DNA of 64,000 nucleotides from Octopus sinensis (lineage: Eukaryota), in the NCBI RefSeq assembly GCF_006345805.1, contig NC_043008.1, positions 37,510,001-37,574,000 of the forward strand, given 5' to 3'. The notes beneath the pieces are model-generated. The model saw only the letters and a list, made by a program, of their open reading frames with translations. It had not been told where the DNA came from and ran no database searches. The position numbers were made by a program, and so were the translations under genes. Below are positions 38,340-51,769 of the stretch, piece by piece. Position 1 is the stretch's first letter. Each line of letters opens with the position of its first letter.

Positions 38340-38921
38340 GCCCTGATGCAGTACCGATGCCCTGATGCAGTACCAATGCCCTGATGCAGTACCAGGCAGT
38401 GGATCTCATGGCTTCTGATTTTAACTGATTGGAAGTGTCATCATGTACATTGTTTTGTCTTGGTATAAAAGATGGGCTACAGCAAATATTCTGCTCAATA
38501 CCACAGATTTGCTTGTCAGTTGTTTGACCTTAACCAGTTGAGCATGTCCCTTAGTGGCTGACAATACATGCATCTTTGATCACGAGCAGAAGTAGTGGTG
38601 GAGCATCATAGCCATGTGTTGAGAGGGATTCTTTGGAGTTTGAATAATTCACATAGGTGTTTCGTTCAACATCCTAAAGCAACCCTTATTCAGGGACCTT
38701 TTGAGCAGGATGGGCTACTCGACCTCAAGAGAATTCTAACTGGGCCCCACCTGCAAGGTCATGTGCTGTTTATCTTGATATGAGATCACCATGTCGCGCA
38801 CATATGGTTGTGATGCATGTGCCTAGTGTACCCTTATCAGACGGGTAGTCATGATGGGTATGCTGGGCTTCGTATATTTTACCCCAGTGTCACTTTGATG
38901 ACATGCACTGCTCTCTTACTC
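38340..38921 (+). mobile_element. Family F retroposon, longest copy (about 580 bp), in (TAA)n
   Basis: Begins with three copies of a 19-nt unit (GCCCTGATGCAGTACC...), ends CTCTCTTACTC-AATAATAAT. No ORF and no clear pol III boxes. Confidence 0.85.
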
Positions 38922-39830
38922 AATAATAATAATAATTAATGGAACTCATAACAAAACCAAGCAAAAGAACAGCTGACAGATAATCATAAATACTATAAAA
39001 TATTTGATTTAGGAGTTACACACATGCATACACACACTACTATACAAAACCCCTCCAGAATCATACAAGAATAAACTCATACTGTAAATACCCAACAAAA
39101 TAACAAAACCCACATGTGCCATAGAAGGTTGATAGCCAACAGAAGAACACAACCTGTGTTGCACAAACAACATACAATATAAAAACTAATACAACCAAGG
39201 ACTGAAACAAAACCCCATATCAAAATGTACTCATACTGTACAATATCCCCCCAACTAAAAACAAAAATGCAACCCCCCACCCCAGCACAGAGTTGCAACA
39301 AATGATGCAATAGAAAGTTGCTTGAAACTTTCAGATGTTGAGAAATAATAATGGTGATGATGATGGTGACAAACGTTACCTTACTTCAGTTTATGAGAGA
39401 CCGAAGTTACCAAAAACTCTGGTTGTAACAGTAAAAATGAATTGGAACCTTTGAGGGAAGGCCTCTCACTTGGCAATGGATCAGTAAAGATGCAGACTGA
39501 CCACAGCTGTTATCCTAATACAGCATCAGCAGATAATAGAGCTAGGAAGAGGAAAACAGGCTAGTGATGCAGTGCTACTTAGAAAGTGAACCTAAAAGAA
39601 GGGACTATAGAAAACTGATGTTAACACTTTGTGTAGAGAAAGGTATATTTAAAGTGACTGAACAGAGATTAGGCATTTCTTCTGCTACTTTAAGTTCTGA
39701 GTTCAAATCTTGCTGAGGTTAACTTTTCCTTTTATAATTCCAGTGAACCATTGAAGTAATGGAGTCGATTTATTTAACTATCCTTTACCCTAAATTTCTG
39801 CTCTGGCATCTTTGTTAGAAGCACATTATC

Positions 39831-39868
<38 letters not shown>

Positions 39869-39938
39869 GATTATTATTATGATTATTATTATGATTATTA
39901 TTATTATGATTATTATTATGATTATTATTATTATTATT

Positions 39939-40825
39939 CTATGTTTGACTTTTGCTTTATGTCTGTACAAGTTGGCTCCAAGTCTCACCCAGAGACCTCA
40001 AGAGACAACAGGTTGGAAGTTCTGTGCCATATATTTGGCACAGAATAACAGGAACAGATTTTACTTCAAGATGCCTCATCTTCTGTATTTCAATTTCCAG
40101 GTCTTTATATTTACTAAGTTTGTCAAACTCTTTTACAGATATATTTTTATCAGTAGGAACATTTACATGCTCTAGTCTGAAAGTATTTTCTTCTCCGTCT
40201 TTAATAATTATGTGTGGTTGATTAGCCTGGATCATTGTCAGTGCTGTTTGGAAAATTTCAGAGGATAGTGACATTTTTACTTTCAATAACTGGCTCAGGA
40301 TGATGTTCATACCAGTAAGCAAGAGTCCTGATTTTGTAGTGATTAGATCTTTTCCAATGTAAATACTGTCCTACCCTATTGTGGTGATTTTTATATTTGT
40401 TTGGTGGCAGCACAGGACATCTTGAAATGGGAGGGTCCATTGTTTTCCCAAATGTGTTGCAGAAACTGCATTTTGGGTTAGAACTGTCTTGGAGAATGTT
40501 AGCTTTGTAATTTCTAGTAAGAAAGCTTTGATCTTGTGCTGCTAATATGAACCTTCAGTCTCTGCTTTCGAACCTGAACTCCTCAGCTAATGATGGATTG
40601 TTGCTTGGTCTAAATCAGCATTTTGGCTTTGAAGAATGGTTTGTCCATGTAGGGGCTTTTAGCTCCACTAATTCTCAGTTTGTTTCTGCTTGTCCTTTTT
40701 TTGCAGTCGCCCTGATTCACTTTGTTTCCTTGGTAACAGTAGTTTCAGGCTCCTCATCTAATTTAGGGTTGATGCCAAGTTTCTTTTTGAATTTATAAGC
40801 TTTTTTGACAACAGAGTGTAACTTT
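39939..40825 (-). mobile_element. R4/Dong LINE C-terminal fragment (zinc knuckle + REL endonuclease + 3' end), copy 1
   Basis: ETEGFILAAQDQ..TRNY..KCSFC..HNRVGQYLHW..WYEHHPEPV..QPHIIIKD..DKLSKYKDLEIEI. The 3' UTR matches about 34960-35050, with an internal deletion before it. Confidence 0.88.
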
Positions 40826-40870
40826 TAGTTGCTTTCATGTGGTTGGAAAGCAAGCGTCTTACCACACAGC

Positions 40871-40903
<33 letters not shown>

Positions 40904-40973
40904 GATTATTATTATGATTATTATTATGATTATTATTATTATGATTATTATTATGATTATTATTATTATTATT

Positions 40974-41860
40974 CTATGTTTGACTTTTGCTTTATGTCTG
41001 TACAAGTTGGCTCCAAGTCTCACCCAGAGACCTCAAGAGACAACAGGTTGGAAGTTCTGTGCCATATATTTGGCACAGAATAACAGGAACAGATTTTACT
41101 TCAAGATGCCTCATCTTCTGTATTTCAATTTCCAGGTCTTTATATTTACTAAGTTTGTCAAACTCTTTTACAGATATATTTTTATCAGTAGGAACATTTA
41201 CATGCTCTAGTCTGAAAGTATTTTCTTCTCCGTCTTTAATAATTATGTGTGGTTGATTAGCCTGGATCATTGTCAGTGCTGTTTGGAAAATTTCAGAGGA
41301 TAGTGACATTTTTACTTTCAATAACTGGCTCAGGATGATGTTCATACCAGTAAGCAAGAGTCCTGATTTTGTAGTGATTAGATCTTTTCCAATGTAAATA
41401 CTGTCCTACCCTATTGTGGTGATTTTTATATTTGTTTGGTGGCAGCACAGGACATCTTGAAATGGGAGGGTCCATTGTTTTCCCAAATGTGTTGCAGAAA
41501 CTGCATTTTGGGTTAGAACTGTCTTGGAGAATGTTAGCTTTGTAATTTCTAGTAAGAAAGCTTTGATCTTGTGCTGCTAATATGAACCTTCAGTCTCTGC
41601 TTTCGAACCTGAACTCCTCAGCTAATGATGGATTGTTGCTTGGTCTAAATCAGCATTTTGGCTTTGAAGAATGGTTTGTCCATGTAGGGGCTTTTAGCTC
41701 CACTAATTCTCAGTTTGTTTCTGCTTGTCCTTTTTTTGCAGTCGCCCTGATTCACTTTGTTTCCTTGGTAACAGTAGTTTCAGGCTCCTCATCTAATTTA
41801 GGGTTGATGCCAAGTTTCTTTTTGAATTTATAAGCTTTTTTGACAACAGAGTGTAACTTT
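40974..41860 (-). mobile_element. R4/Dong LINE C-terminal fragment, copy 2
   Basis: Identical to copy 1. Confidence 0.88.
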
Positions 41861-41905
41861 TAGTTGCTTTCATGTGGTTGGAAAGCAAGCGTCTTACCAC
41901 ACAGC

Positions 41906-42010
<105 letters not shown>

Positions 42011-42614
42011 CGTTGTTGCTATTATTCACACACTGTGACTATTCTGAGAGAATATATTGTTATTCAAATTGTTGTCACACCTAAGTATATCAGTTATGAT
42101 GATTGATGTGGTTTGGCAGAGCTCTTTAAATTCATGCAAGAATGGAAAATAACCAATATTTAATAAAATTATGATGGTGAAATTGAGGTCAGTAATGTTT
42201 CATGATCATTATACTGAAAAACAAAAAAAATAAATAAACAAGTACAAAACAAAGCAATATAAATAAGAATAAAATTAAAGAAATAAAAATATAAGTTGAA
42301 AGAAAAATTGAAAAATAACAGAAATGTATAACACTGGTTTTAGTTTTTCTTTTTGACTAATGTTTGTTTAGACTAATCATTGCATTAACATGGCAAACAT
42401 TTTTTTATTTTATTTTATTTTATTTATTTGTGTATTTATTTATTTGGTGAAATTGAATTTGAGGTCTGCGTTGTTTCCTGGTTTTGGAAGGATACAGACT
42501 AATATGTTTGGTAAATTTAGATAATAATAGAGTATGTATGATCAGCAATATCAGTGTACAAGTGCTTATTTTGATGTGTGCCACAGAGCGTCTATGCATG
42601 AGTGTATATAGGGG

Positions 42615-43068
42615 GCAGGTGTGGCTGTGAGGTAAGAAGCTTTCTTCCCAACCACATGGTTCCGGGTTCAGTCCCACTCTGTAGCACCTCGGGCAAGTGT
42701 CTTCTACTATAGCCTTGGTCCTACCAAAGCCATGTGAATGAATTTGGTAGATAGAAACTGAAGGAAGCCAGCCATAAACACATACACACGCACACACACA
42801 CACATACACAGGCACACACACACACATACACAGGTACACACACACACATACACAGGCACACACACACACATACATACACACATCTATGTATGTGTTCCAT
42901 TTTATCTGTGTTTGTCCCTGCCACTGCTTGACATCTGATTCAGTCTCACTGCATAACACCTTGGGCAAGTGTCTTCTACTGTAGCCTTGGGCTGACTAAA
43001 ACATTAAGTGGATTTGGTAGATGGAAACTGAAAGGAGCCTCTCATATATATATATACATATATATATA

Positions 43069-43138
<70 letters not shown>

Positions 43139-43700
43139 ATGGAACAAGACCATAACAGGGGACTACAAAACACTTGGACAGTTAGACTTTACAAAATAAA
43201 GTCAGGAAAAAAATGAGGACAGGTCATCTGGAGCTTTCAATCTTCAGTCAAGTATCAGATTGTCTTTGAAGTTTCAGCCGGTTACTCTCGAGACTGCTCT
43301 AATCTGGCCAGCCCCAAGGAAATCTAAGCTAAGAGCACAAGGTTCTTTGGAAGAAAGCAATATATATGGATATAAATGTACACATATAGATATGTAAGTA
43401 GGCATGTATTTATGTATGTATGTATATATGTATGTATATATATGTATATATATATGTATATGTGTATGTCTTTGTGTCAGTATGTTTGCCTCCCCCACCA
43501 CTTGACAACTGGTGTTGGTGTGTTTATATCCCTGTAATCTAGTGGTTCAATAAAAGAGACCGATAAAATAGGTATCAGGCTTTCAAACAAAAACAAAAAA
43601 AGAGTCTTGGGGTCGATTTGATCGACTAAAATTTCTATGTGGCAGTGCCCCAGCATGGCCACAGTCTAATGACTGCAACAAGTAAAAAACTAAAAGATAA
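42615..43700 (+). mobile_element. Split SINE B pieces (heads about 42615-42780 and 42935-43045; tail about 43470-43700) separated by microsatellites and an unassigned repeat (43140-43350)
   Basis: Heads end, and the tail begins, at dinucleotide tracts. Confidence 0.75.
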
Positions 43701-44149
43701 AAGATATATTTATTTCTTTATGTGTGTGAGCGCATGCATGCGTGTGTGTGTGTGTGTCTGAGCATGTGCATGGTGTTATATCTGTGAGCATGTGTGTGTA
43801 TGTGCATGCATGTGTGTATGTGGTGGGGTAGTATGTGTGTGTATATATGAATGTGCAAGCTTTGCAAGGCATCATTTGTAGAACTGAATAAATGACAATA
43901 TATGAGAATTCTTATTGCTTTCTGGGCATATTAAGCAATGGCTTCATGGTGTCTTACTCTATATTGCACATCCAGGTTCCTTGTTATAGACATTTTGCTG
44001 CATGCAAGGCACTTTATAGGTTGAGGAATAGCATTTTTTTACTTTCTCTTTATTAGAATTTTGAGACACATGAACTTGAACAATGTATGTATATTTTCAG
44101 CTTGTACATTACATTATATATAATAATATACCTACCAACACACATGCAC

Positions 44150-44249
44150 ATGCAAATTTGTATACACATGTATATATATATATACACATATGCATGTGTT
44201 TATATATCTATCTATCTATCTATCTATCTCTCTCTATATACATATACAC

Positions 44250-44282
<33 letters not shown>

Positions 44283-44340
44283 GATACATAGATAGATATA
44301 GATATATACATACATATATACATACATACATACATATATG

Positions 44341-44411
<71 letters not shown>

Positions 44412-44516
44412 ATATTACATGCACGCACAAATTCATCATTTTGCTTGTATACATTTAATTTACAAAATCACACACATATAAATTCATATCTACACCCTTA
44501 CACATATTACATACAC

Positions 44517-44560
<44 letters not shown>

Positions 44561-44620
44561 GTATTTATACATATATATATATATATATATATATAATGTA
44601 TAATATATCGTATATATTAA
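44150..44620. repeat. (TA)/(TCTA)/(TG) compound microsatellite
   Basis: Directly visible. Confidence 0.95.
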
Positions 44621-45134
44621 GAAAACGGCTTCCTTGAGATTTTCTTTTTCTTTTTTTCTTTATCTTTATCAGATAATACTTTGCTCTAGTTTCCAAGTAA
44701 TTGTATTGATAAAGAGAACACTAGTATTTTTACCCTCCGGATATTTTCTCTTGTTATTTTCATTTTACTTTTATTTATCTACTATTCGGTGTCTTTTTTT
44801 TAATTTTTTTTTTTTTGGTATTTAGTAAGAGTGTTGTATTGCTTATTCTCTTGATCTTCTATCCACATAAAATTATCACACTATGATAAGATATATCTGT
44901 TTAATATGCCTCTTTGGCCTACAATGGAATAACATTTAGCACTCTTTAGGAAATGACAATCGTTATAATATCATTAACCTTGAGATTAGAATCAGAAAAT
45001 ATTAAATTCCCTGATATAGGCGCTCCTGTTTCATAACTCTTTACAGTCTCTTCAAATCTTCAAATCTATGTCATTCTGCAGACAAATAACATGATATAAA
45101 TATTTGGTTGTGTGTTATCTTTTATCTTCTGTCT

Positions 45135-45358
45135 TTTAGTTGTTTCAGTCATTAGGCTGTGGCCATGCTGGAGCACTGCCGTGAACAAATTTTTTTAGTC
45201 GATTGAATTAAACCCAGTACTTTTTCTTGTTGTTAAGCCTGGTACTTATTCTATCATTCTGTTTTACTGAACTGCTAAGTTATAGGGACATAAACACGCC
45301 AACACTGGTTATCAAGTGGTGGTGGAGGACAAACACAGACACAAAGACACACACACAT

Positions 45359-45390
<32 letters not shown>

Positions 45391-45478
45391 GATGAGCTTC
45401 TTTCAGTTTCCATCTACCAAATCCACTCACAAGGCTTTGGTTGGCCTGAGGTTATAGTAGAAGACATTTGCCCAAAAG
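45135..45478 (-). mobile_element. SINE family B, head-truncated
   Basis: Reverse complement colinear with B. Confidence 0.8.
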
Positions 45479-45689
45479 GCACTGTTCACGTCCATGTGAT
45501 TTTAGGGTCAGTACTTCTGGGCCCCAGCTGATCAGTGAAAGGATATGGATTTGGGTTTGGTGAATGCACACTGTAAGAAGCCAATTGTACGCACACACAT
45601 ACATGCAAACACACACAGAAACACACACACACGTGTGTGTGTTTACATGTTTGTATGTATGTGTATATGTCAGGTCACTTTCGAGTGCT

Positions 45690-46220
45690 ACTGGTAACAT
45701 GTAACCCAGTACAATCTGTTGCATGGTCGGGTCGTCGGCGACTAAACCGGCAACCCCACCAAGCTTGCTTGGTGAGGAGGGTGTTTATTGGACACTCTGC
45801 GGGATGAAAAACAAAACCCGTCAAAGGGTGGAGGAACTCTTTAGAGTCAACGGCCATCCAATAAATGTCTTAAGGATGTATCATGCGTGGGGACATAGAA
45901 ATAATTGGACTGAATACCCAATCGCACGGTTAAGCCATTGGGAGTGACGGACTCCTAGCCTTTGTTAGGGCATCCTTCTAGGAGAAGGTAACTCAGGTAA
46001 CTGGGATAACTCCAACATAAAACCTGTGGCTCAGTGGTTACCGATGATGTTTACTTGTTCTTCTTTTTGGATTAAGGCTTCTGTTGCTTAGTGAGTGGGA
46101 TTGACTCAGTGCGCTGCCTTTCCTCACTTTAAAAATAATCTTCTTGCACAGGCATTGTATGATAACAACATTGATTAAGCTTTGTGCAATGGTCATACTC
46201 GCTAACGAGGGGGCAGCCAG
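45690..46220 (+). mobile_element. CpG-rich RTE-like 5' UTR segment
   Basis: CATCCTTCTAGGAGAAGGTAACTC..AAACCTGTGG resembles RTE leaders (from memory); hairpin CACCAAGC-TT-GCTTGGTG. Confidence 0.4.
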
Positions 46221-46487
46221 CATGTATGTATAAGAGTGGGAATGTGTGGGTTATTATATTTTTTGACATTATGTGATGCCAGTAAATGAATGTCATTTAT
46301 TCCCAATATTCTACAAAAACGCGTGTAACCCTGGAGAAATATTACCTGGCTTGGAAACAGGTATGGTTTGGTAAAAAACAAATGTATTCAGCTGTAGAAT
46401 GTTTGCCTCTATTATCTTTGTCCAACCCATGAAAGCATGGAAAAGTCGACATTGAAACAGTGATACATGCATGCATACATACATACA

Positions 46488-46521
<34 letters not shown>

Positions 46522-46617
46522 AATACATACATATATAAATACATACATACATACGTACATACATACCTACATGCATACATACACACATTCACACACACAC
46601 ATATACATGCATACATA

Positions 46618-46836
46618 TCTATTATATAAAATCCGTTCTGTCTGTCTGTGTGTCTTCTAGGATCTCGGGCATCCTCCCCATCCGATTGTGCTCAAATTTG
46701 ATATGTAGATACTGACGGTATCAGGGTGTGTATAAGTCTTGAAAAAATTACAAAAATTGAATCCAGGTGAGAATGTGAGTTGGTTTAAATGTTTGACAAC
46801 TCAGCACACTCCATTGGAAGGGGGGCATTTTGCTCG
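46618..46836 (+). mobile_element. Short non-autonomous Helitron-type element
   Basis: A|TCTATTATATAAAATCCGTTCTGTCTGTCTGTGTGTC 5' end; 3' end GGGGGCATTTTGCTCG|T (degenerate CTAG). Confidence 0.55.
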
Positions 46837-47090
46837 TATATATATATATATATATATTTACACACACATATCTATATATACATATATATATATGTATACA
46901 TTTTATAATTAGGTTTCAGCAAAGATTTGCTTTACCACATACCGAAGTTTAGAAATAGCAGCCAGAGAACCTTAGCTATTTCCTCTACTTTAAAAGAGAT
47001 TCTCGGACAAAAACAAAGTACTCAAAACAATCCATGCAGGCAGAGAGGAAAAATAACGAAAATCAATCGATATTTGATTGATTATTGATA

Positions 47091-47124
<34 letters not shown>

Positions 47125-47169
47125 CATATATATATATACATATATACATATACATATATATATATTATG

Positions 47170-47202
<33 letters not shown>

Positions 47203-47864
47203 TTATATATGCATGTGTGTATATATTTATATATACACACATGTACATGAACACATAGACATGTGCACACACACATGCACACACACACATGCATGCACAC
47301 ACACATGCATGCACACACATACACACCATGTTAGTGATTATGAATGAATCCTTCATATTCCATCCGATATACAGCATAGATTAATTACATTTTGTTGACG
47401 ACAACACTAGTCGTTTCTGTCAGCTTCTTTGGATGAAGCCATATGATTGCTCAGTTCACCATGATGGCATAAAAGATTGCAACAAAAATAGACTCTATTG
47501 CTTAGGTGACAAATGGCTAGACAAATTAGCTGAGTTTGAATTCTTACTTCTCATTAGTGAGAGTGAGTCCTGTGTTAATTTTGTGCTATTGCAAGCATTA
47601 ATTAATTAGACTGTTAAATGAAAACCAAGAGGAAGCCTATTATGTGTGTCTGTGTGTGTGTGTGTGTTTGCATGTCTTTACTAAAACTTTATCGGCAAAT
47701 GTGAAGATATTGCCATCAATGTCCAGTGAACAAAAGTCTTGAGTTTTCAGCAATTTTGACAGTTCTGACATCGTGAGAGGCAGTGGAATGAAAATACACA
47801 TTATTTCGAAAATAGGAAATGGTTGGTGAAATAAAGAGCATCCTCCTTCTTCTCTTGCTATGCG

Positions 47865-47886
47865 TCATTGTCATCATCACAATCAC

Positions 47887-47931
<45 letters not shown>

Positions 47932-48150
47932 TATCGTCATCATTGTTGTCATCATTGTCATCATTATCATATACATCAACACCATCATCGGCCATCATCA
48001 TCATCACCATCATCACCATCATCATCACTATCATCATCACCATCATCACCATCATCATCACCATCATCATCATCATCATCATCATCATTATAATCAATAT
48101 TATCATCAGCATCAGACATCATCAGCACCACTAACATCATCATCATCATT
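47865..48150. repeat. (CAT)n/(CAC) compound microsatellite
   Basis: Directly visible; source of the poly-H/I/S/M ORFs. Confidence 0.97.
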
Positions 48151-49212
48151 GCCATTAGTACCATAGTTTTAATGTCTACCCTCTTACTTTCAGGAGTCAA
48201 AGTGAAATTCATTTGGTCCATTTTCTCTATGGCCAGATGTTCTTCCAGTTGCCAGTGGGAGCATCTAGTCATAGAAAAAAATTCTTTCTATTTTTCTATT
48301 GATAGTTGGGTAGACTCTATGTTGTGAATATTAACTACGCTAATGATTTTTCTCCATATAAAATCCATTTTCTCAGACCACTTGCTTCTAAGCATCGTAG
48401 TATGTTTTACCATTCTTTCTCTTGCAATTGCCAGCTCTCATTTGTTTCCAAAGAAGGTAATGATTTCCCTAGTTTTTTTTTTAACATGACCATCACAATG
48501 GGATGCTTAGTTTTCCATGGAAGATTGCAAACAAACAACGCTGTTTGTGTGATTGTGACTTTTGTACACAATTACTCTCGGCTGTCAAGATAAGTACACA
48601 CTTAATTAAATCAAAAACTTCCTTTGGCTGAAGACCAGACATATAAGACTCAGGAAATTGAATTGGGAAGGGAAATAATAGAAATTACACCTGTCCTACC
48701 AAAAATGAAAATATAAATAATCAAATGAAAATGAAAATAAAGCAAGGACGAGATGGATTGACAAAGAACAGAGTTACAGACAATGATACAGAACTGTTAT
48801 GAGACTGATACTAGGTCAACATAAGGTTGCTTAGATTAATTCCTGAGTCAATATAGGACATTACTGAGGTAGAGGGAATAATTCAAGGACAACAAGCTGG
48901 CATTATATCAAGTTTTCCCCTTTGTGTATAATATGAATTTATTCACAATTTGAAATTTACCCATAAGTACCCATAATTATTATATATGATTTCTGTTGTC
49001 TGGCCCAAAAAAAAATATAAAACACAGAAATTACGTAGCATAGACTTTTTTGAGAAAATGGTTTCTTGAAGTTGGATCTGAGGCACTCTTGAGTTCTGTG
49101 AAAAAACTCTAGGGCTTCTGTGAAATAAAATTTTTTTTAGTGAAATGAAATAAAATTGCATTTTATAAAAAGAAGCTATTCACCATTCTCCAAGCAGTTT
49201 GTTATCGTATAG

Positions 49213-49615
49213 GTGCAGGAGTGGTTGTGTGGTAAGTAGCTTGCTTACCAAGCACATGGTTCCAGGTTCAGTCCCACTGCATGGCACCTTGGGCAAATGT
49301 CTTCTACTATAGCCTTGGGCTGACCAAAACCTTGTGAGTGGATTTGGTAAACAGAAACTGAAAGAAGCCCGTCATATATATGTATATCTATATATATATG
49401 TGTGTGTATATGTTTGTGTGTCTGTGTTTGTCCCTCCCAACATCGCTTGACAACCAATGCTGGTGGGTTTACATCCCTGTAACGTAGTGGTTTGGCAAAA
49501 GAGACCGATAGAATAAGTACTAGGCTTACAAAGAATAAGTCCTGGGGTTGATTTGCTCAACTAAAGGCACTGCTCCAGCAAGGACACAGTCAAATGACTG
49601 AAACAAGTAAAAGAG
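49213..49615 (+). mobile_element. SINE family B, full length
   Basis: Colinear with other B copies. Confidence 0.9.
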
Positions 49616-49629
49616 TATGTTATTTTCTT

Positions 49630-50170
49630 ATTTTTTTTATGAATGAATTGCTGTATATGCCAGTGTATAATACAATCGGGGGTACAAGACGATCCCCAGG
49701 ATTTCCATTTGAAAAGTGGGTTTTGAGCTATCCTTGCTATATAAGACTACATCAAGTTTTTGTGGAAAATAGCTCAAGTGCCGAAGGTATGAAGTTCATA
49801 GCTAAAGGGGTCAGGTAAGCTGTAACTTCCCCTAAAGCCATGTTTTTCTTGAATTTCAATAGTATTTTAACAATGATTCAATCAGTACACTTTGTATGCA
49901 ACAGTTCTGCAGTCTCGGTTATGTTAAATTTATCCAGTTCTTTTCAAGAGGTGGCCAAATATTGTAAATTACCAACAACGATACTCTTTAATAAGTCTTC
50001 CTTTAATCTCCAAACTCCTACTATCTTCTCAGTTACACCATATTCTCTTGTAGCAGCACAGATGTTGTGGGGCTTGGTGTATGTTACCACTTTCAGCTTA
50101 AGACCAGCTTTACATTTCTTTTGTTTATTATCACTTGGAACCATGTGGTGGGTTTTACAGCTGCTGGAAA
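49630..50170 (-). mobile_element. pogo/Tigger-like remnant (CENP-B-type HTH)
   Basis: KAGLKLKVVTYTKPHNICAATREYGVTEKIVGVWRLKEDLL; terminal-like CTGTATATGCCAGTGTATAA...TACAAGACGATCCCC. Confidence 0.55.
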
Positions 50171-50261
50171 TTAATGGTCACCCAGTGAGAGTACTGCTAC
50201 TTGTGAAAAAGGGTCAACTTGAACCTTTTCAAGAAACCCTGTCTGTAAATGTTTAAAAGTA

Positions 50262-50262
<1 letters not shown>

Positions 50263-50292
<30 letters not shown>

Positions 50293-50400
50293 CTTCTTCT
50301 CTTCTTTCTTCTTCTCCTCCTCCTCCTCCTCCTCCTCCTCCTTCTTCTTCTTCTTCTTCTTCTTCTTCTTCTTCTTCTTCTTCTTCTTCTTCTTCTTCTC
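50263..50400. repeat. (CTT)n/(CCT)n polypyrimidine tract
   Basis: Directly visible. Confidence 0.97.
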
Positions 50401-50897
50401 GCAGCATCTCTTGTGTACCAGTAGTTTACATTAAATCCTTACCATACAGCAATTGTACTTTCTCCTTTCCATCAGATTCACCAAAGTTGCATTCCAAATG
50501 GTAGCAGGGTCCTGCCCTGACTCCTTTCACTACTCATTAAAACAATACTCTGAACTGTGTCATATTGAAGCTGTCTCGAGTGGATCTCAAAACGTCAACA
50601 TCACTATGATTTTGCAGCTAAGTTAGGCTATTAAGTAAAAGTTCTGTCTATAATGTCTAAAGATAGGTTTATTATTCTTGGTACAAATTTCAAAAGCATA
50701 TTATGGAACCCAGGGAAGTGTTAGACTTGTATCTTTTAGCCCAGTCAGATACTGTTCACATGAAACCTTGAAAATACAAGCGTCATCTTGTAAAGACACT
50801 ATGAAGTGAGACGGATATGTTTCCTGTTATTAGTTGATATACTTATATATAACCAAAGCAATTCTCTGTGAAGGGAGATGAAGACAGAACACACAAC

Positions 50898-50990
<93 letters not shown>

Positions 50991-51074
50991 ATATGTATAT
51001 ATATATATATAATATATATATATATGCCTATATATACATATATATATATATATATAGTATTATGTATATATATG

Positions 51075-51107
<33 letters not shown>

Positions 51108-51134
51108 GTATATATATATGTATATATATATATA

Positions 51135-51325
51135 TATCATCATCATCATCATCATCATTTAGCGTCCGTTTTCCATGCTAGCATGGGTTGGACGGTTCAA
51201 CTGGGGTCTGGGGAGCCCGAAGGCTGCACCAGGCCAGTCAGATCTGGCAGTGTTTCTACAGCTGGATGCCCTTCCTAACGCCAACCACTCCGAGAGTGTA
51301 GTGGGTGATTTTATGTGCCACCGAC
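51135..51325 (-). mobile_element. SINE family A, 5'-truncated, within (TA)n
   Basis: Matches 320-480. Confidence 0.88.
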
Positions 51326-51327
51326 AC

Positions 51328-51408
<81 letters not shown>

Positions 51409-51769
51409 CACACACATATATAGGCATGTCTTTGTGTGTGTGTGTTTGTGTAATTCTTTATGACAAGAAATATATCAAAAATATCTTAAACTAATTTTGC
51501 TTTGTCCTTACAGGATATTCAGCAGGCAAAAATCAATATTAAATATTCATGTGTTAGGGAGTGTGAGGGTGCAATGTGTGTGTGCATGAGTGTGTGTCTG
51601 TGTGTGTGTATAGTTACATAGGTGTGCATCTACATATATGATTATATATATGTATGTATATATGTAGTTATATAGGTGTGCATCTACATATATGATTATA
51701 TGTATGTATGTATATATGTATAACTATATTTATGAACATGTGCTTAAATACATTTATACCTCCACATAA

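Noticed and set aside
38340-38395. CRISPR-like short direct repeats (3 x 19 nt)
   Set aside because: No unique spacers, eukaryotic context, no cas genes; it is a tandem repeat at a retroposon 5' junction.
43226-43252. Minus-strand CTGAAGA-TT-GAAA-GCTC hammerhead-like motif
   Set aside because: No helix II and helix I does not pair; at most a remnant.
45740-45790. Possible twister ribozyme in the RTE-like leader
   Set aside because: Has UAA, AAGC and GGAGGG words, but I could not build the P2/P4 helices and pseudoknots.
46945-47010. Minus-strand 8-bp hairpin followed by TAAAC-TTCG-GT, resembling hammerhead helices II and III
   Set aside because: The CUGANGA core is absent and no helix I is found.
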